A stretch of 64,000 nucleotides of DNA from Alphaproteobacteria bacterium (GTDB taxonomy: Bacteria; Pseudomonadota; Alphaproteobacteria; MPNO01). Below are positions 8,880 to 18,407 of the stretch, piece by piece. Made by a program: the position numbers and the translations under genes. The notes below the pieces were generated by a model that was given only the letters and a program-made list of their open reading frames with translations, had not been told where the DNA came from and searched no databases. Location of the stretch: NCBI GenBank assembly GCA_965248835.1, contig CBDFLJ010000001.1, positions 1,952,001-2,016,000 on the forward strand, read 5' to 3'. Numbering within the stretch: the first letter of the stretch is position 1; each line of letters opens with the position of its first letter.

Positions 8880-9746
8880 TCAGTCGATCAGGTCGAGCTT
8901 GCGCCCGACATCGACGATCGGCTGGTAATCGGCGTTCGACGCCGGGATGAACGCCTTGCGCGGGAACTGCTTGAGCAGGTTCGGATCGTCGAGGCTCAAG
9001 AGCGCGTTCTTGACCTTGGCGGTGAACCCGGCGCCGAAACGCTTGTCGGCATCGCCGCGGATCGACCAGTTGTAGTCGGGGTAAGGCGGGGTGACCCAGA
9101 CCACCTTGACCTTGGCGGTGTCGATCTTGCCGGCGGCAAGCTCCTTGTCCCAGACGGCGAAGTTGACCGCGCCGACCTGGAAGGCGCCGGACTGCACCAG
9201 CGCGATGGTGCGCGAATGATCGCCGGAGAACCCGACCCTGCGGAACGCCTTGTCGGGCGCCATCGCCAGATGCATGCGGATGAAGAACTCCGGCATCAGC
9301 CGCCCCGACGTCGATCCCTTGGAGCCGAAGGTGAAGGTCTTGCCGGCGATGCCCTTGGGGAAGGCGTCGGACTTTTCGAGATCGGTGCTGGCGTGGGCAA
9401 TGAAGTAGGTCCTGAAGCTTTTGTCCTCCTCGCCTTGGGCGATCGCCTGGGAACTGCGGACCGCTTCGCGCGCCCGGACCCCCGACAAGCCGCCGAACCA
9501 GGCGAGCTGCACCTGGTTGTTACGGAAGGCGGTGACCGCGGCGGCATAGGACTTGACGGGGACGTACCTCACCTCGACCCCGAGCTTGCCGTGGAGGTAT
9601 TTCGCGATCTGGTTGAACCGGGTCTTCAGCGCCGTTTCGTCCTGATCCGGGATCGCGGTGAAGACGAACGGCTGCGCGGCGGCACCGGACGCGGACGCGG
9701 ACGCAATTCCAAGGCAAACGGTAATCGCGGATAGCAGCTTCTTCAT
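8880..9746 (-). CDS. ABC transporter substrate-binding protein, PhnD-like clade annotated as putative selenate-binding
   Basis: Signal peptide; FTAIPDQD, AWFGGLSGVRAR, FTFGSKGSTSGRLMPEF, FSGDHS and TPPYPDYNW, recalled as typical of the selD-associated clade. Confidence 0.82.
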   Translation of the reverse strand: MKKLLSAITVCLGIASASASGAAAQPFVFTAIPDQDETALKTRFNQIAKYLHGKLGVEVRYVPVKSYAAAVTAFRNNQVQLAWFGGLSGVRAREAVRSSQAIAQGEEDKSFRTYFIAHASTDLEKSDAFPKGIAGKTFTFGSKGSTSGRLMPEFFIRMHLAMAPDKAFRRVGFSGDHSRTIALVQSGAFQVGAVNFAVWDKELAAGKIDTAKVKVVWVTPPYPDYNWSIRGDADKRFGAGFTAKVKNALLSLDDPNLLKQFPRKAFIPASNADYQPIVDVGRKLDLID

Positions 9747-9765
9747 CAGGACTGCCCTTCGTTTG

Positions 9766-9854
9766 CTCGGCGTCGTCTACGACAAGGCCCGACGACCGAG
9801 GTGTGCAGCCAGCCAAGCAACACCGCTGAACCCGCAATTTCAGGGCCGACGCAT
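9766..9854 (-). promoter_or_regulatory. Structured 5' leader with uORF (MRRP-UGA; read-through to UAG gives 25 aa) and SECIS-like hairpin
   Basis: ATG at 9854-9852, TGA at 9842-9840, next in-frame TAG at 9779-9777. Hairpins CUGAA/UUCAG (9843-9826), GGUGU-U-GC/GC-ACACC (9824-9800) and CUCGG-UCGUC/GACGA-CG-CCGAG (9800-9766). Confidence 0.45.
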
Positions 9855-9866
9855 TGGCCGGGCCGG

Positions 9867-9895
9867 AACCTGACTCACTGGAACCGGTCGTGCAA
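9867..9895 (-). promoter_or_regulatory. Putative sigma70 promoter for the ABC operon leader
   Basis: TTGCAC-N17-CAGGTT on the minus strand, ending 12 nt before the uORF ATG; weak -10. Confidence 0.3.
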
Positions 9896-9960
9896 GCCGG
9901 CGGGGCGGCGCGCCGATTGACACCCCGCGGCAATCCGGGTGTGAGTATCCGAACCGACCA

Positions 9961-11214
9961 ATGCAAACGCCGGCAGGGAGCGATCGAATGCGGGGAGCGA
10001 GACGGTTTCGCGAGCAGAAGTGGATGCTTGATGCGGTCATCTCGACCGTCGGGCTGGACTGGGACCAGCTCCGCATGGCCACCACGGTCGCACCCAGCGG
10101 CTTCGAGGGAATGGGCGATTGGGCGGTGATCGCGAATTCCGTCAGGCGGTTCGACGAGATCACGCCGGGCTTCCAGGGCGGCGGCGAGCACCGCGAGGTC
10201 CGTGCGCGCGAGGCCGAGGAGCGCGGCGATACGACAACCGCGCGCGAGAGCTATCTGATCGCGGCGCTCTATTTCGGAGTGGCGCAATGGCCGATCGACG
10301 AGGACTGCGCCCTCAACACCCACCTCAACGAGCGCAAGCTCGCGTGTTTCGGCCGCTATGCCGCGCTCGCCCACCACAGGATCGAGCGGGTCGAGGTGAG
10401 CATGGGCGAGCACATGCTGCCGGGCTGGCTCCATTTGCCGGTGACCGCCCAGCCGCCCTATCCGCTGGTCATCATGATGCCCGGCATGGACACCTACAAG
10501 GAGAACCTGGTTTGGGCCTATGGCGACAAGATCCTGGAGCGCGACATGGCCGCGCTCGCCATCGACGGCCCCGGGCAGGCGGAGGCCCTGGTCAACGGCC
10601 TCAAGGTGACGGCCGACAACTTCGGCGATTGTGCCAGGGCCTGGCTCGACTGGGTGGCGACGAGGCAGGACATCGACCAGGACCGTGTCGGCATCTTCGG
10701 GCGCAGCTTCGGCTCGTATGCAGCGACCGTGATGGGCAATGCGGTGGCCGACAGGCTGCAGGGCGTCGCGGTCGGCCTGCCGTGCATGGAGCCCGGCTTC
10801 CACACGATCTTCGAGGAGGCCTCGCCGACCTTCAAGAACCGCTTCATGTATATGGCCGGCTACGAGGACGAGGCGGCGTTCGATGTTTTCATCAAGGACT
10901 TCGACTTGCGCGAGCGGGTCTCGAACCTGACCTGCCCCTACATGGTGCTGGGCGGCGAACTCGACGAGCTGTCGCCGATCCGGCATGCCTACGACCTGGT
11001 GAAGCGGGTGCCGGGGCCGGTCGACCTGGTGGTCTACCAGAACGAGCGCCACGCGCCCGGGCGCGGACCGGCGGCTCGCAACGGCCCGCACTGGTACGCA
11101 ACGATGGCCGATTGGCTGGCGGCGAGGATCCGTGACCGCAAGCCGGCGGGCCCGAACCGGTTCGGCTACGTCAAGACCACGGGCCAGGTGGAGGAGCGTG
11201 CCTTCCCGACCTGA
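9961..11214 (+). CDS. Alpha/beta hydrolase, 2,6-dihydroxypseudooxynicotine hydrolase/FrsA-like
   Basis: PGMDTYKE, IDGPGQAE, nucleophile GRSFG, DELSP and C-terminal His; start may be 9988. Confidence 0.82.
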   Translation: MQTPAGSDRMRGARRFREQKWMLDAVISTVGLDWDQLRMATTVAPSGFEGMGDWAVIANSVRRFDEITPGFQGGGEHREVRAREAEERGDTTTARESYLIAALYFGVAQWPIDEDCALNTHLNERKLACFGRYAALAHHRIERVEVSMGEHMLPGWLHLPVTAQPPYPLVIMMPGMDTYKENLVWAYGDKILERDMAALAIDGPGQAEALVNGLKVTADNFGDCARAWLDWVATRQDIDQDRVGIFGRSFGSYAATVMGNAVADRLQGVAVGLPCMEPGFHTIFEEASPTFKNRFMYMAGYEDEAAFDVFIKDFDLRERVSNLTCPYMVLGGELDELSPIRHAYDLVKRVPGPVDLVVYQNERHAPGRGPAARNGPHWYATMADWLAARIRDRKPAGPNRFGYVKTTGQVEERAFPT

Positions 11215-11269
11215 TGCCGGCGAAAGGGGAGATGACCCCGTCGTCTTCCGGGTTTTGGCCCGTCTCGGA

Positions 11270-11387
11270 ACATCATGCCGAGGACGCCGGGCAGCCAAAG
11301 GCTCAGCGCCGGGAACAGCGCGATGATCGCAAGCCGGGTCAGATCGGCGAGGAAAAACAGGGTGATGCCGGCAAAGACGGAGTCCAC
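11270..11387 (-). pseudogene. Relic of the C-terminus of a TRAP large permease (DctM)
   Basis: VFAGITLFFLADLTRLAIIALFPALSLWLP matches the typical last TM helix of DctM; the rest of the gene is absent. Confidence 0.6.
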
Positions 11388-11408
11388 GTGCGGAGGGCGA
11401 TAGGGCCG

Positions 11409-11681
11409 TCAGCGCGGCTCGTCGGGCGCGCGGGCGACGATCGACAGCGCGTGGACCGGGCCGGCGAGCTCCTGGGCGAGGCATTGGTGGACCAGCCGCT
11501 GGCGGTCGATCCGGGATTTGCCGTCGAACGCCGCGGCGACGATCTCGACCCGGAAGTGGCTCTCGCCGCCGTCGCGGGCACCGGCATGCCCGGCATGGAG
11601 GTGCGACTGGTCCTCGACCTCCAGCCGGTCGGGGGCAAACGCGGCTTCGAGCTTGCGGCGGATATCCTGGCAGACGCTCAT
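11409..11681 (-). CDS. bolA: BolA family protein
   Basis: LEVEDQSHLHAGH, SHFRVEIV, RQRLV and VHALSI motifs; start 11681 preferred over 11723. Confidence 0.92.
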   Translation of the reverse strand: MSVCQDIRRKLEAAFAPDRLEVEDQSHLHAGHAGARDGGESHFRVEIVAAAFDGKSRIDRQRLVHQCLAQELAGPVHALSIVARAPDEPR

Positions 11682-11724
11682 CGGCAGATCAGGCCACTCG
11701 AAAGATTGGCGGGACGGCGCCATG

Positions 11725-11754
11725 CTTGTCAGGGTTCCGCGCCAACCCCATACT
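11725..11754 (+). promoter_or_regulatory. Putative promoter (sigma70- or RpoH-like) for the DnaJ-domain gene and cobST
   Basis: cTTGTCA-N17-CATACT with a CCC run before the -10; ATG 11762 follows 7 nt later. Confidence 0.4.
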
Positions 11755-11761
11755 GCGAATC

Positions 11762-12319
11762 ATGAAGCCGATAGGCAATACCCTGGCGCGGCTGGAGGTC
11801 GAGCCCACAATGCGCTCCTGCGCGGTGGAGGGCTGCGCCGAGACGCCCGATTACCCGGCGCCGCGCTCGCGCGAGGCACTGTCGGACTACATCTGGTTGT
11901 GCCTGGAGCATGTCCGCGCCTACAACATCGCATGGGATTTCTACGCCGGCATGAGCGAGACCGAGATCGAGGCGCACCGCAGGGCCGATACCACCTGGCG
12001 GCGCCCGACATGGCCGCTCGGCGCGCGAGAGGCGAACGGACGCGGACGGATCGGCGATCGGTTCGGTATACTGGGCGAGGACGGCGAGCCGGAGGTCGAG
12101 CCCGGTGAGCGCCAGCCGGCGATGCGCCCGGTCGAGCGTCAGGCCTTGTCGACGCTGGGGCTCAGGCCGCCGGCGAGCGCCGGCGCGATCAAGGCGCGCT
12201 ATAAGGAACTGGCCAAGGCGCTCCACCCCGATGCGAACGGCTGGGACGCCCGCGCCGAAGAGCGGTTGAAATTGGTCAACCAAGCCTATAACACGCTCAG
12301 GGCCAGCCTGACCCTGTAG
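11762..12319 (+). CDS. DnaJ-domain protein with N-terminal Cys/His motif
   Basis: CAVEGC...YPAP...CLEHVRAYN; C-terminal J-domain with HPD; usual position between bolA and cobS. Confidence 0.88.
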   Translation: MKPIGNTLARLEVEPTMRSCAVEGCAETPDYPAPRSREALSDYIWLCLEHVRAYNIAWDFYAGMSETEIEAHRRADTTWRRPTWPLGAREANGRGRIGDRFGILGEDGEPEVEPGERQPAMRPVERQALSTLGLRPPASAGAIKARYKELAKALHPDANGWDARAEERLKLVNQAYNTLRASLTL

Positions 12320-12355
12320 CCGTCGAGGCGGATTCTACCTGAGGATAGCGAGTTC

Positions 12356-13363
12356 ATGTCATCTGAGAACAGCAACGGGGCCTACGCGGACGCGCCCGAG
12401 CTTCCCGATATTTCGATTTCCGTGCGCCAGGTCTTCGGGATCGACACCGATATGCAGGTGCCGGGGTTCAGCTCGCCCCGCTCGGAGCACGTCTCGGACG
12501 TAGACGAGACCTATTGCTTCGACCACGAAACGACGCTTGCGATCCTGGTGGCGCTCGCGCACAACCGGCGCCTGTTGATCCAGGGCTATCACGGCACCGG
12601 CAAGTCGACCCATATCGAGCAGGTCACGGCGCGGCTGAACTGGCCCTGCATCCGGGTCAACCTGGACAGCCACATCAGCCGTATCGACCTGATCGGCAAG
12701 GACGCGATCGTCCTGCGCGACGGCACCCAGGTCACCGAATTCCGCGAGGGAATCCTCCCTTGGGCGCTGCAGAACCCCTGCGTGCTGGTCTTCGACGAGT
12801 ACGACGCCGGCCGCCCGGACGTGATGTTCGTCATCCAGCGAGTGCTCGAGGTCGACGGCAAGATGACGCTGCTCGACCAGAACCGGGTGATCCGCCCGCA
12901 TCCGGCGTTCAGGCTGATGGCCACGGCCAACACCATCGGGCTGGGCGACACGACCGGGCTCTATCACGGCACCCAGCAGATCAACCAGGGACAGCTCGAC
13001 CGCTGGAACCTGGTGGCCACGCTGAACTATTTGGCGCACGACGCCGAGACCGCGATCGTGCTCTCCAAGGTGCCGAACTACGACACCGCCGAGGGCCGCA
13101 AGCAGGTCAGCGCGATGGTTGCGGTGGCGGACATGACGCGCGCGGGGTTCATGAACGGCGATATTTCGACGGTGATGTCGCCGCGCACGGTCATCACCTG
13201 GGCGGAGAACAACGAGCTGTTCGACGATGTCGCGACCGCGTTCCGGATGACGTTCCTCAACAAATGCGACGAGCTGGAGCGGCCGGCGGTCGCCGAATAC
13301 TACCAGCGCTGCATGGGCCAGGACCTGCCGGAGGCGGCGGTCAAGCCAGGCCGGAGCGCCTAG
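12356..13363 (+). CDS. cobS: Cobaltochelatase subunit CobS (AAA+ ATPase)
   Basis: [33 protein letters not shown] and MSPRTV motifs. Confidence 0.96.
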   Translation: MSSENSNGAYADAPELPDISISVRQVFGIDTDMQVPGFSSPRSEHVSDVDETYCFDHETTLAILVALAHNRRLLIQGYHGTGKSTHIEQVTARLNWPCIRVNLDSHISRIDLIGKDAIVLRDGTQVTEFREGILPWALQNPCVLVFDEYDAGRPDVMFVIQRVLEVDGKMTLLDQNRVIRPHPAFRLMATANTIGLGDTTGLYHGTQQINQGQLDRWNLVATLNYLAHDAETAIVLSKVPNYDTAEGRKQVSAMVAVADMTRAGFMNGDISTVMSPRTVITWAENNELFDDVATAFRMTFLNKCDELERPAVAEYYQRCMGQDLPEAAVKPGRSA

Positions 13364-13381
13364 CCGGTTGGCGGTCCGCCC

Positions 13382-15265
13382 GTGAGCACCCCCCCGGAAT
13401 CCCCGATCGAGGAGTTCCGCCGCGTGACCGGCGCGGCGATGCGCGCGATCGCCGAGCGCGAAGACGTCACGGTCAATTTCGGTGCCGAGGCGCGGCTGGT
13501 CGACAACCAGGCGCGCCTTCCCGTGCCCTCGCGCGATCTGCCGGCCGAGGAGGTCGCCCGGCTGCGCGGCGAGGCCGATGCGATGGCGCTCAAGCTGCGC
13601 TACCACGACCCCGACGTGCACGCCGCAAGGGCGCCGGCGGGCGAGACCGCGCGGGCGGTCTTCGAGACGTTGGAACAGGCCCGCGTCGAGACCCTCGGCG
13701 CACGGCGCATGGCCGGTGTCGCGATGAACCTGGACGCGGCGCTTGCCGAGCGCTGCCAGACGCGCGGCTACGCCCGGGTCTCCGACCGCGAGGACGCCCC
13801 GATCGCGGAAGCCGTGGGTCTGTACGCGCGCGGGCAGTGGCGTGACAGCGCGACCCCCGATGCCGGCAAACCGCTGCTCGATCTGTGGCGCGAGGAACTC
13901 GACGAGCGCATCGCCGGCGACCTCGACGCGCTCGAGAACGCGCTCGGGGACCAGGAAGACTTCGCCAGGTCGGTCAACAGGCTGCTGGTCCATCTCGAGC
14001 TGCTCGACGAGGAGCCGGGCGAGGGCGAATCGACCGAACAGGGCGAGGACGCCGAGCAGTCCGAGGCCGACGACGAGAACGCCGAGTCGGCGGACATGGA
14101 AGGCGCCTCGGCCGAGATGGAGGGCACGCCGTCCTCGGAGATGGACGATGCCGACGGCGAGGACGACGACCAGGCGATGTCCGAGCAGGTCCAGGAGGAG
14201 ATGATGCCCGGCACCGGCGAGGAGGAGGGCGAGCGCTCCCACCGCCGGCGCGGCGACGGCTTCCTGCCCGACGAGGAGCGCCAGCCGGCCTACCGTCCCC
14301 ACACGGTCGAGTTCGACGAGGTCGTCGAGGCCGAGGAGCTGTGCGATTCCGACGAGCTCGCTCGGCTGCGCCAGCATCTCGACCAACAGCTCGCCCACCT
14401 GCAGGGCGTCATCGCCAAGCTCGCCAACCGGCTGCAGCGCCGGCTGCTCGCTCAGCAGTCGCGGTCATGGGAGTTCGACCTCGAGGAAGGGCTGCTCGAT
14501 GCCGGGCGGCTGGCCCGCGTGGTGATCAACCCAATGCATCCGCTGAGCTATAAGATCGAGAAGCAGACCGAATTCCGGGACACGGTGGTCACGTTGCTGA
14601 TCGACAACTCGGGCTCGATGCGCGGCCGGCCGATCACCGTGGCCGCGATGAGCGCGGACATCCTCGCGCGTACGCTGGAGCGCTGCGGGGTGAAGGTCGA
14701 GATCCTGGGCTTCACAACCAAGGCCTGGAAGGGCGGCCAGGCGCGCGAGAAGTGGCTCGCCGAGGGCAAGCCGCCCAACCCGGGCCGGCTCAACGATCTG
14801 CGCCATATCGTCTACAAATCCGCCGACGCGCCGTGGCGGCGCGCCCGCAAGTCGCTCGGCCTGATGCTGCGCGAGGGGCTGCTGAAGGAAAACATCGACG
14901 GCGAGGCGCTGATGTGGGCGCACCACCGCCTGATCGCGCGCGCCGAGCAGCGGCGGGTCCTGATGGTGATCTCCGACGGCGCGCCGGTCGATGATTCGAC
15001 CCTGTCGGTCAACCCCGGCAACTATCTCGAACGGCATCTGCGCGACGTGATCGAATGGATCGAGGCCCGCTCGCCGGTCGAGCTGACCGCCATCGGCATC
15101 GGCCATGACGTCACCCGTTACTACAAGCGCGCGGTCACGATCATGGATGCCGAACAGCTCGGCGGCACCATGATGGGCCGCCTGACGGAGCTGTTCGAAG
15201 AGGATCAGGGCCCGCCATCCAGCCGCATGGTCCGCGCGGCCAGGAGAGCGCGCGTCAACGCCTGA
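13382..15265 (+). CDS. cobT: Cobaltochelatase subunit CobT
   Basis: Acidic linker; vWA domain with [19 protein letters not shown] and [11 protein letters not shown]. Confidence 0.96.
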   Translation: MSTPPESPIEEFRRVTGAAMRAIAEREDVTVNFGAEARLVDNQARLPVPSRDLPAEEVARLRGEADAMALKLRYHDPDVHAARAPAGETARAVFETLEQARVETLGARRMAGVAMNLDAALAERCQTRGYARVSDREDAPIAEAVGLYARGQWRDSATPDAGKPLLDLWREELDERIAGDLDALENALGDQEDFARSVNRLLVHLELLDEEPGEGESTEQGEDAEQSEADDENAESADMEGASAEMEGTPSSEMDDADGEDDDQAMSEQVQEEMMPGTGEEEGERSHRRRGDGFLPDEERQPAYRPHTVEFDEVVEAEELCDSDELARLRQHLDQQLAHLQGVIAKLANRLQRRLLAQQSRSWEFDLEEGLLDAGRLARVVINPMHPLSYKIEKQTEFRDTVVTLLIDNSGSMRGRPITVAAMSADILARTLERCGVKVEILGFTTKAWKGGQAREKWLAEGKPPNPGRLNDLRHIVYKSADAPWRRARKSLGLMLREGLLKENIDGEALMWAHHRLIARAEQRRVLMVISDGAPVDDSTLSVNPGNYLERHLRDVIEWIEARSPVELTAIGIGHDVTRYYKRAVTIMDAEQLGGTMMGRLTELFEEDQGPPSSRMVRAARRARVNA

Positions 15266-15297
15266 GGTCCAGGCCCGTCCTCCCTTGCGGGTTCGGT

Positions 15298-16983
15298 TCA
15301 GGGTCCCGGAATGCGGGGCATCAACAGATATGAGCCGTGCGCACCACCGGTCAGGATGGTGTTGGTGCCGCCGAACTCTCCGGCCGGACGGTCCTGCGGA
15401 TGGGTGTGGAGCATCCTTCCGGGAACGCCCGGGAATTCGAAGTCGCGGCCCTGGAGGGTGAGCATCAGGCGATAGCCGCTGGGAAAGACGATGCTGGTCG
15501 GCCAGATCTCGACCTCGACTTCATAGACCGCGCCAGGCTCGAGTTTCTCGATTTCCGTATGCCGGTGGTAGGGGCGATAGGGCCGCGACATCGCCGGATC
15601 CAGCTTTCGGTGGGACGCCCGCAGCCAACCGCGCGAGACCGGGACCGGCTCGCTGGCGCCGACGAAGACGATATTCCGGCCCGCCGGGTCTATGGCCCGC
15701 AGCGTGGCGAAGATATCCATGCCCGAGGTGCTCGACGAGATCCACAGCCGGGTCATGACAGGGCCGGTGAACTCGGTCTCGGCCTCGAACGGCGCGGTCG
15801 CGAAGTCGGCGCCGGGCCCGTCGGCCTCGTAGTCGGCACGGCCGGGCGCTTCGGGCCGGGCCGCGGCGAGCCGGCCCTCGGCGGCGCACAGGTAAAGCTT
15901 CGTCCATTGCGTGCGCGCCAGCGGCCATTCGTTCTCGGCCCGCACGGCCGCGCCGTCGGTGCGGCGGATGGCGAGCCGCACCCTGGGCTCGTTCTCCCAG
16001 CCGTTGTCGACCCCCTTGAGGAACCGGTCGAGGAACTTGCGCTGGCGCGCGATGCCGTCGGGCGCATAGAAGCTCTCGAAATGGGTGCCGATGTGGATCG
16101 ACAGCCATTTCCGCGCCGAGCCGGCGCGCAGATATCCTTCGATGTTGCCGCGCAGGTGCAGGCCGAGCCCGCCCCAGTTGCCGGCCGAGAACAGAGGCAC
16201 CTCGATCCGCCCGAGATCGGGCGTGCGTGCGCCGTACCAGGCATCGTCGAGCGGATGGTCCAACAAGTCCTCGTGATGGGCCGCGCGGTTGCCCTGGAGC
16301 ATCGCAGGCGGCAGCGCCGGGCCGGTCGTGCGCTCGCCGGTCTCCCTGTCGCGGTGCGGGGTCTCGGCGTTGCCGTGCTGGGTGACCAGCACCTGGCGCG
16401 GGATCCACGCGGTCGGAAAGGTGTTGCCGAAGATGCCGCCCTGATGGCTCCACTCGCGGTAGATGTCCGAGGCGCCTTCCCAGGGAACGATGGCCGCAAG
16501 ATGCGGCGGCCTGAGCGCGGCGACCTGCCATTGCTTGATGGCGAGGTAGGAGATCCCGATCAGCCCGACCTTGCCGTTCGACCACGACCGGGCGGCCGCC
16601 CATTCGATGGCGTCATAGAAATCCTGGGTCTCGCGCGGCGAGAATGGATCGAGATAGCCCGGCGATTGTCCGCTGCCGCGCCCATCGACGGTGATCACCG
16701 CGTAGCCGTGGGGCACCCAGCGCTCGGGATCCACGGTCTCCCAGCGCAGGTAGCGCCCGCTCGATCCGTCGGTGTCGATCTCCGGGTTGAGCGCCTTCAG
16801 GACCGTCCATTGGGCCTCGTAGGCATCGGCGAAATGGACATCCTTGCCGTAGATCCCCAGCGCCATGATCACCGGATGGCGGCCCTCGCCCGGCGGCCGG
16901 AAGAGGTTGGCGCGCAGCACAGTGCCGTCGCCGACCGGGACGGCGATGTTGCGCTCCACGATCATCGACGGCGCCCGGTTCAT
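15298..16983 (-). CDS. CocE/NonD family hydrolase
   Basis: LRANLFRP, WETVDPERWVPHGY, nucleophile GISYLA and VSRGWLRASHR; ATG overlaps the upstream gene's natural stop (ATGA). Confidence 0.9.
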   Translation of the reverse strand: MNRAPSMIVERNIAVPVGDGTVLRANLFRPPGEGRHPVIMALGIYGKDVHFADAYEAQWTVLKALNPEIDTDGSSGRYLRWETVDPERWVPHGYAVITVDGRGSGQSPGYLDPFSPRETQDFYDAIEWAAARSWSNGKVGLIGISYLAIKQWQVAALRPPHLAAIVPWEGASDIYREWSHQGGIFGNTFPTAWIPRQVLVTQHGNAETPHRDRETGERTTGPALPPAMLQGNRAAHHEDLLDHPLDDAWYGARTPDLGRIEVPLFSAGNWGGLGLHLRGNIEGYLRAGSARKWLSIHIGTHFESFYAPDGIARQRKFLDRFLKGVDNGWENEPRVRLAIRRTDGAAVRAENEWPLARTQWTKLYLCAAEGRLAAARPEAPGRADYEADGPGADFATAPFEAETEFTGPVMTRLWISSSTSGMDIFATLRAIDPAGRNIVFVGASEPVPVSRGWLRASHRKLDPAMSRPYRPYHRHTEIEKLEPGAVYEVEVEIWPTSIVFPSGYRLMLTLQGRDFEFPGVPGRMLHTHPQDRPAGEFGGTNTILTGGAHGSYLLMPRIPGP

Positions 16984-18306
16984 GCGTTGAGGTTTTCCCG
17001 GAGCGTCGGGCCGGCATAGGCCGTCTTCGACAGGCCGCGGCGCTGCAGCTCGGGCACGACATGATCGACGAACTCGGCGATGTTGCCGGTCGAGAAACCC
17101 CTTCCCGAGGATGAACCCGCCATTGGCGCCGGTCTCGAAGTGCAGCGCCTCCAGCCGGTCTGCGATGGTCTTCGGCGTGCCGGCGGCGACAAGGATGCGG
17201 TCGGTGAGGAAACGGCGGCCGAACGCCTCCACCGTCTGATCCGGATCAACGGTCTTGAGCAGCTCGGCGAAGCTGCCGAGGTTACCCTTTTGCGCGGCCA
17301 CCTCTTCCGCGAAATCGGACAGGCGCATGTCCGGTCGCGCCTTGGAGAAATCGACGCCGTACTGCGCGCTCATCTCCAACAGGCCGGCCTGGGGCGGTAT
17401 CGCTTCGAGGTAGCGGCGCTCCATCTCCTGTGCGGCGGCATCGGAGTCCGCGACCTGGATACGGATCGACCACAGGATCCCGACATCGCGCGGCACCCGA
17501 CCGACCGCGGCGAGCTTGGCATCGAGCGCGGCGCGGTGCTCCTTCATGCTGGCCAGCGTGCGCCGCGTGCTGAACTGGAGATCGGCGTAGGTTGCGGCGA
17601 GCGTCATGCCGGGCTCCGATAGACCGGCCTGGATGATAACCGGCCGGCCCTGCGGCGAGGGCAGCACCGGAAGCGGCCCGCGGCAATCGAACCAGCGGCC
17701 GTGGAAGTCGAGCCGGTGCACCTTTTCGGGATCGGCGAAGATGCCGTGCTCGCGGTCGAAGACCAGCACGTCCGGCTCGACGCTGTCCCACAGCGCGCAG
17801 GCGACCTGCAGGAATTCATGAGCGCGGTCGTAGCGCTCGTCGTGTTCCATCATCTCCTCGAAGCCGTAGTTCGCGGCCTCGTTCTTGTAGGCAGACGTGA
17901 CCGCGTTCCAGGCGATCCGCCCGTTGGTGACGTGGTCGAGTGCGTTGAACAGCCGCGCGCAATAGAACGGCAGGTGATAAGTCGTCGACATGGTCAGCGC
18001 GAAGCCGACGCCCGATGCGGCCCGAGCCATCAGCGGGATCATCGGCGTCATGTCGTGCTTCGGCCACTTGGCGCCCAAGCGCACCACCGCATGGTGGTTG
18101 CCGCCGAAATCATCCGGCGTGCCGCCCGAATCGCCGAAGAACAACATGTCCATGACGCCGCGCCGGGCGGTGCGCGCGATGTCCTCGTAGAACTCCGCGG
18201 TGCCGTAATACGGATAGCCGACCCAGGAGCCCGGCAGCCGCCAGAGATAGTCCGTGTGCAGAAAGGACAGATCGGCGGCGAGGTGGATCGTGTCGGATTC
18301 GGACAC
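16980..18306 (-). pseudogene. NtaA/DmoA-family FMN-dependent (luciferase-like) monooxygenase with a frameshift near 17095
   Basis: GGAGG plus GTG start; LDHVTNGRIAWNAVTS, SPQGRPVIIQAG. The conserved C-terminus (EFVDHVVPELQRRGL...GPTLRENL) lies in another frame after GGG TTT CTC. Confidence 0.8.
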
Positions 18307-18407
18307 CCTTGCCCCTCCCAACGTGCGCGAAGCGCCGTGGTCCGACCTTATCCGGGCCTGGCGCCGGTTGCGAGTGTCGGGTCGGGGCGTCGGCCGGGGT
18401 AGATCCT

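Noticed and set aside
6713-9746. Phosphonate or phosphite utilisation operon
   Set aside because: No C-P lyase, phnX or ptxD genes nearby, and the SBP motifs fit a different clade.
9786-9864. Cloverleaf-like multi-hairpin structure that might be tRNA-Sec or another tRNA
   Set aside because: No T-loop GTTCRA, no proper anticodon arm and no CCA end on either strand; treated as a leader structure instead.
9917-9948. Perfect TTGACA upstream of the hydrolase gene
   Set aside because: No acceptable -10 at 16-18 bp spacing (GAGTAT is 20 bp away), so it was not called as a promoter.
12356-15265. cobS-cobT without cobN as an anomaly
   Set aside because: The bolA / DnaJ-domain / cobS / cobT arrangement apart from cobN is common in Alphaproteobacteria.
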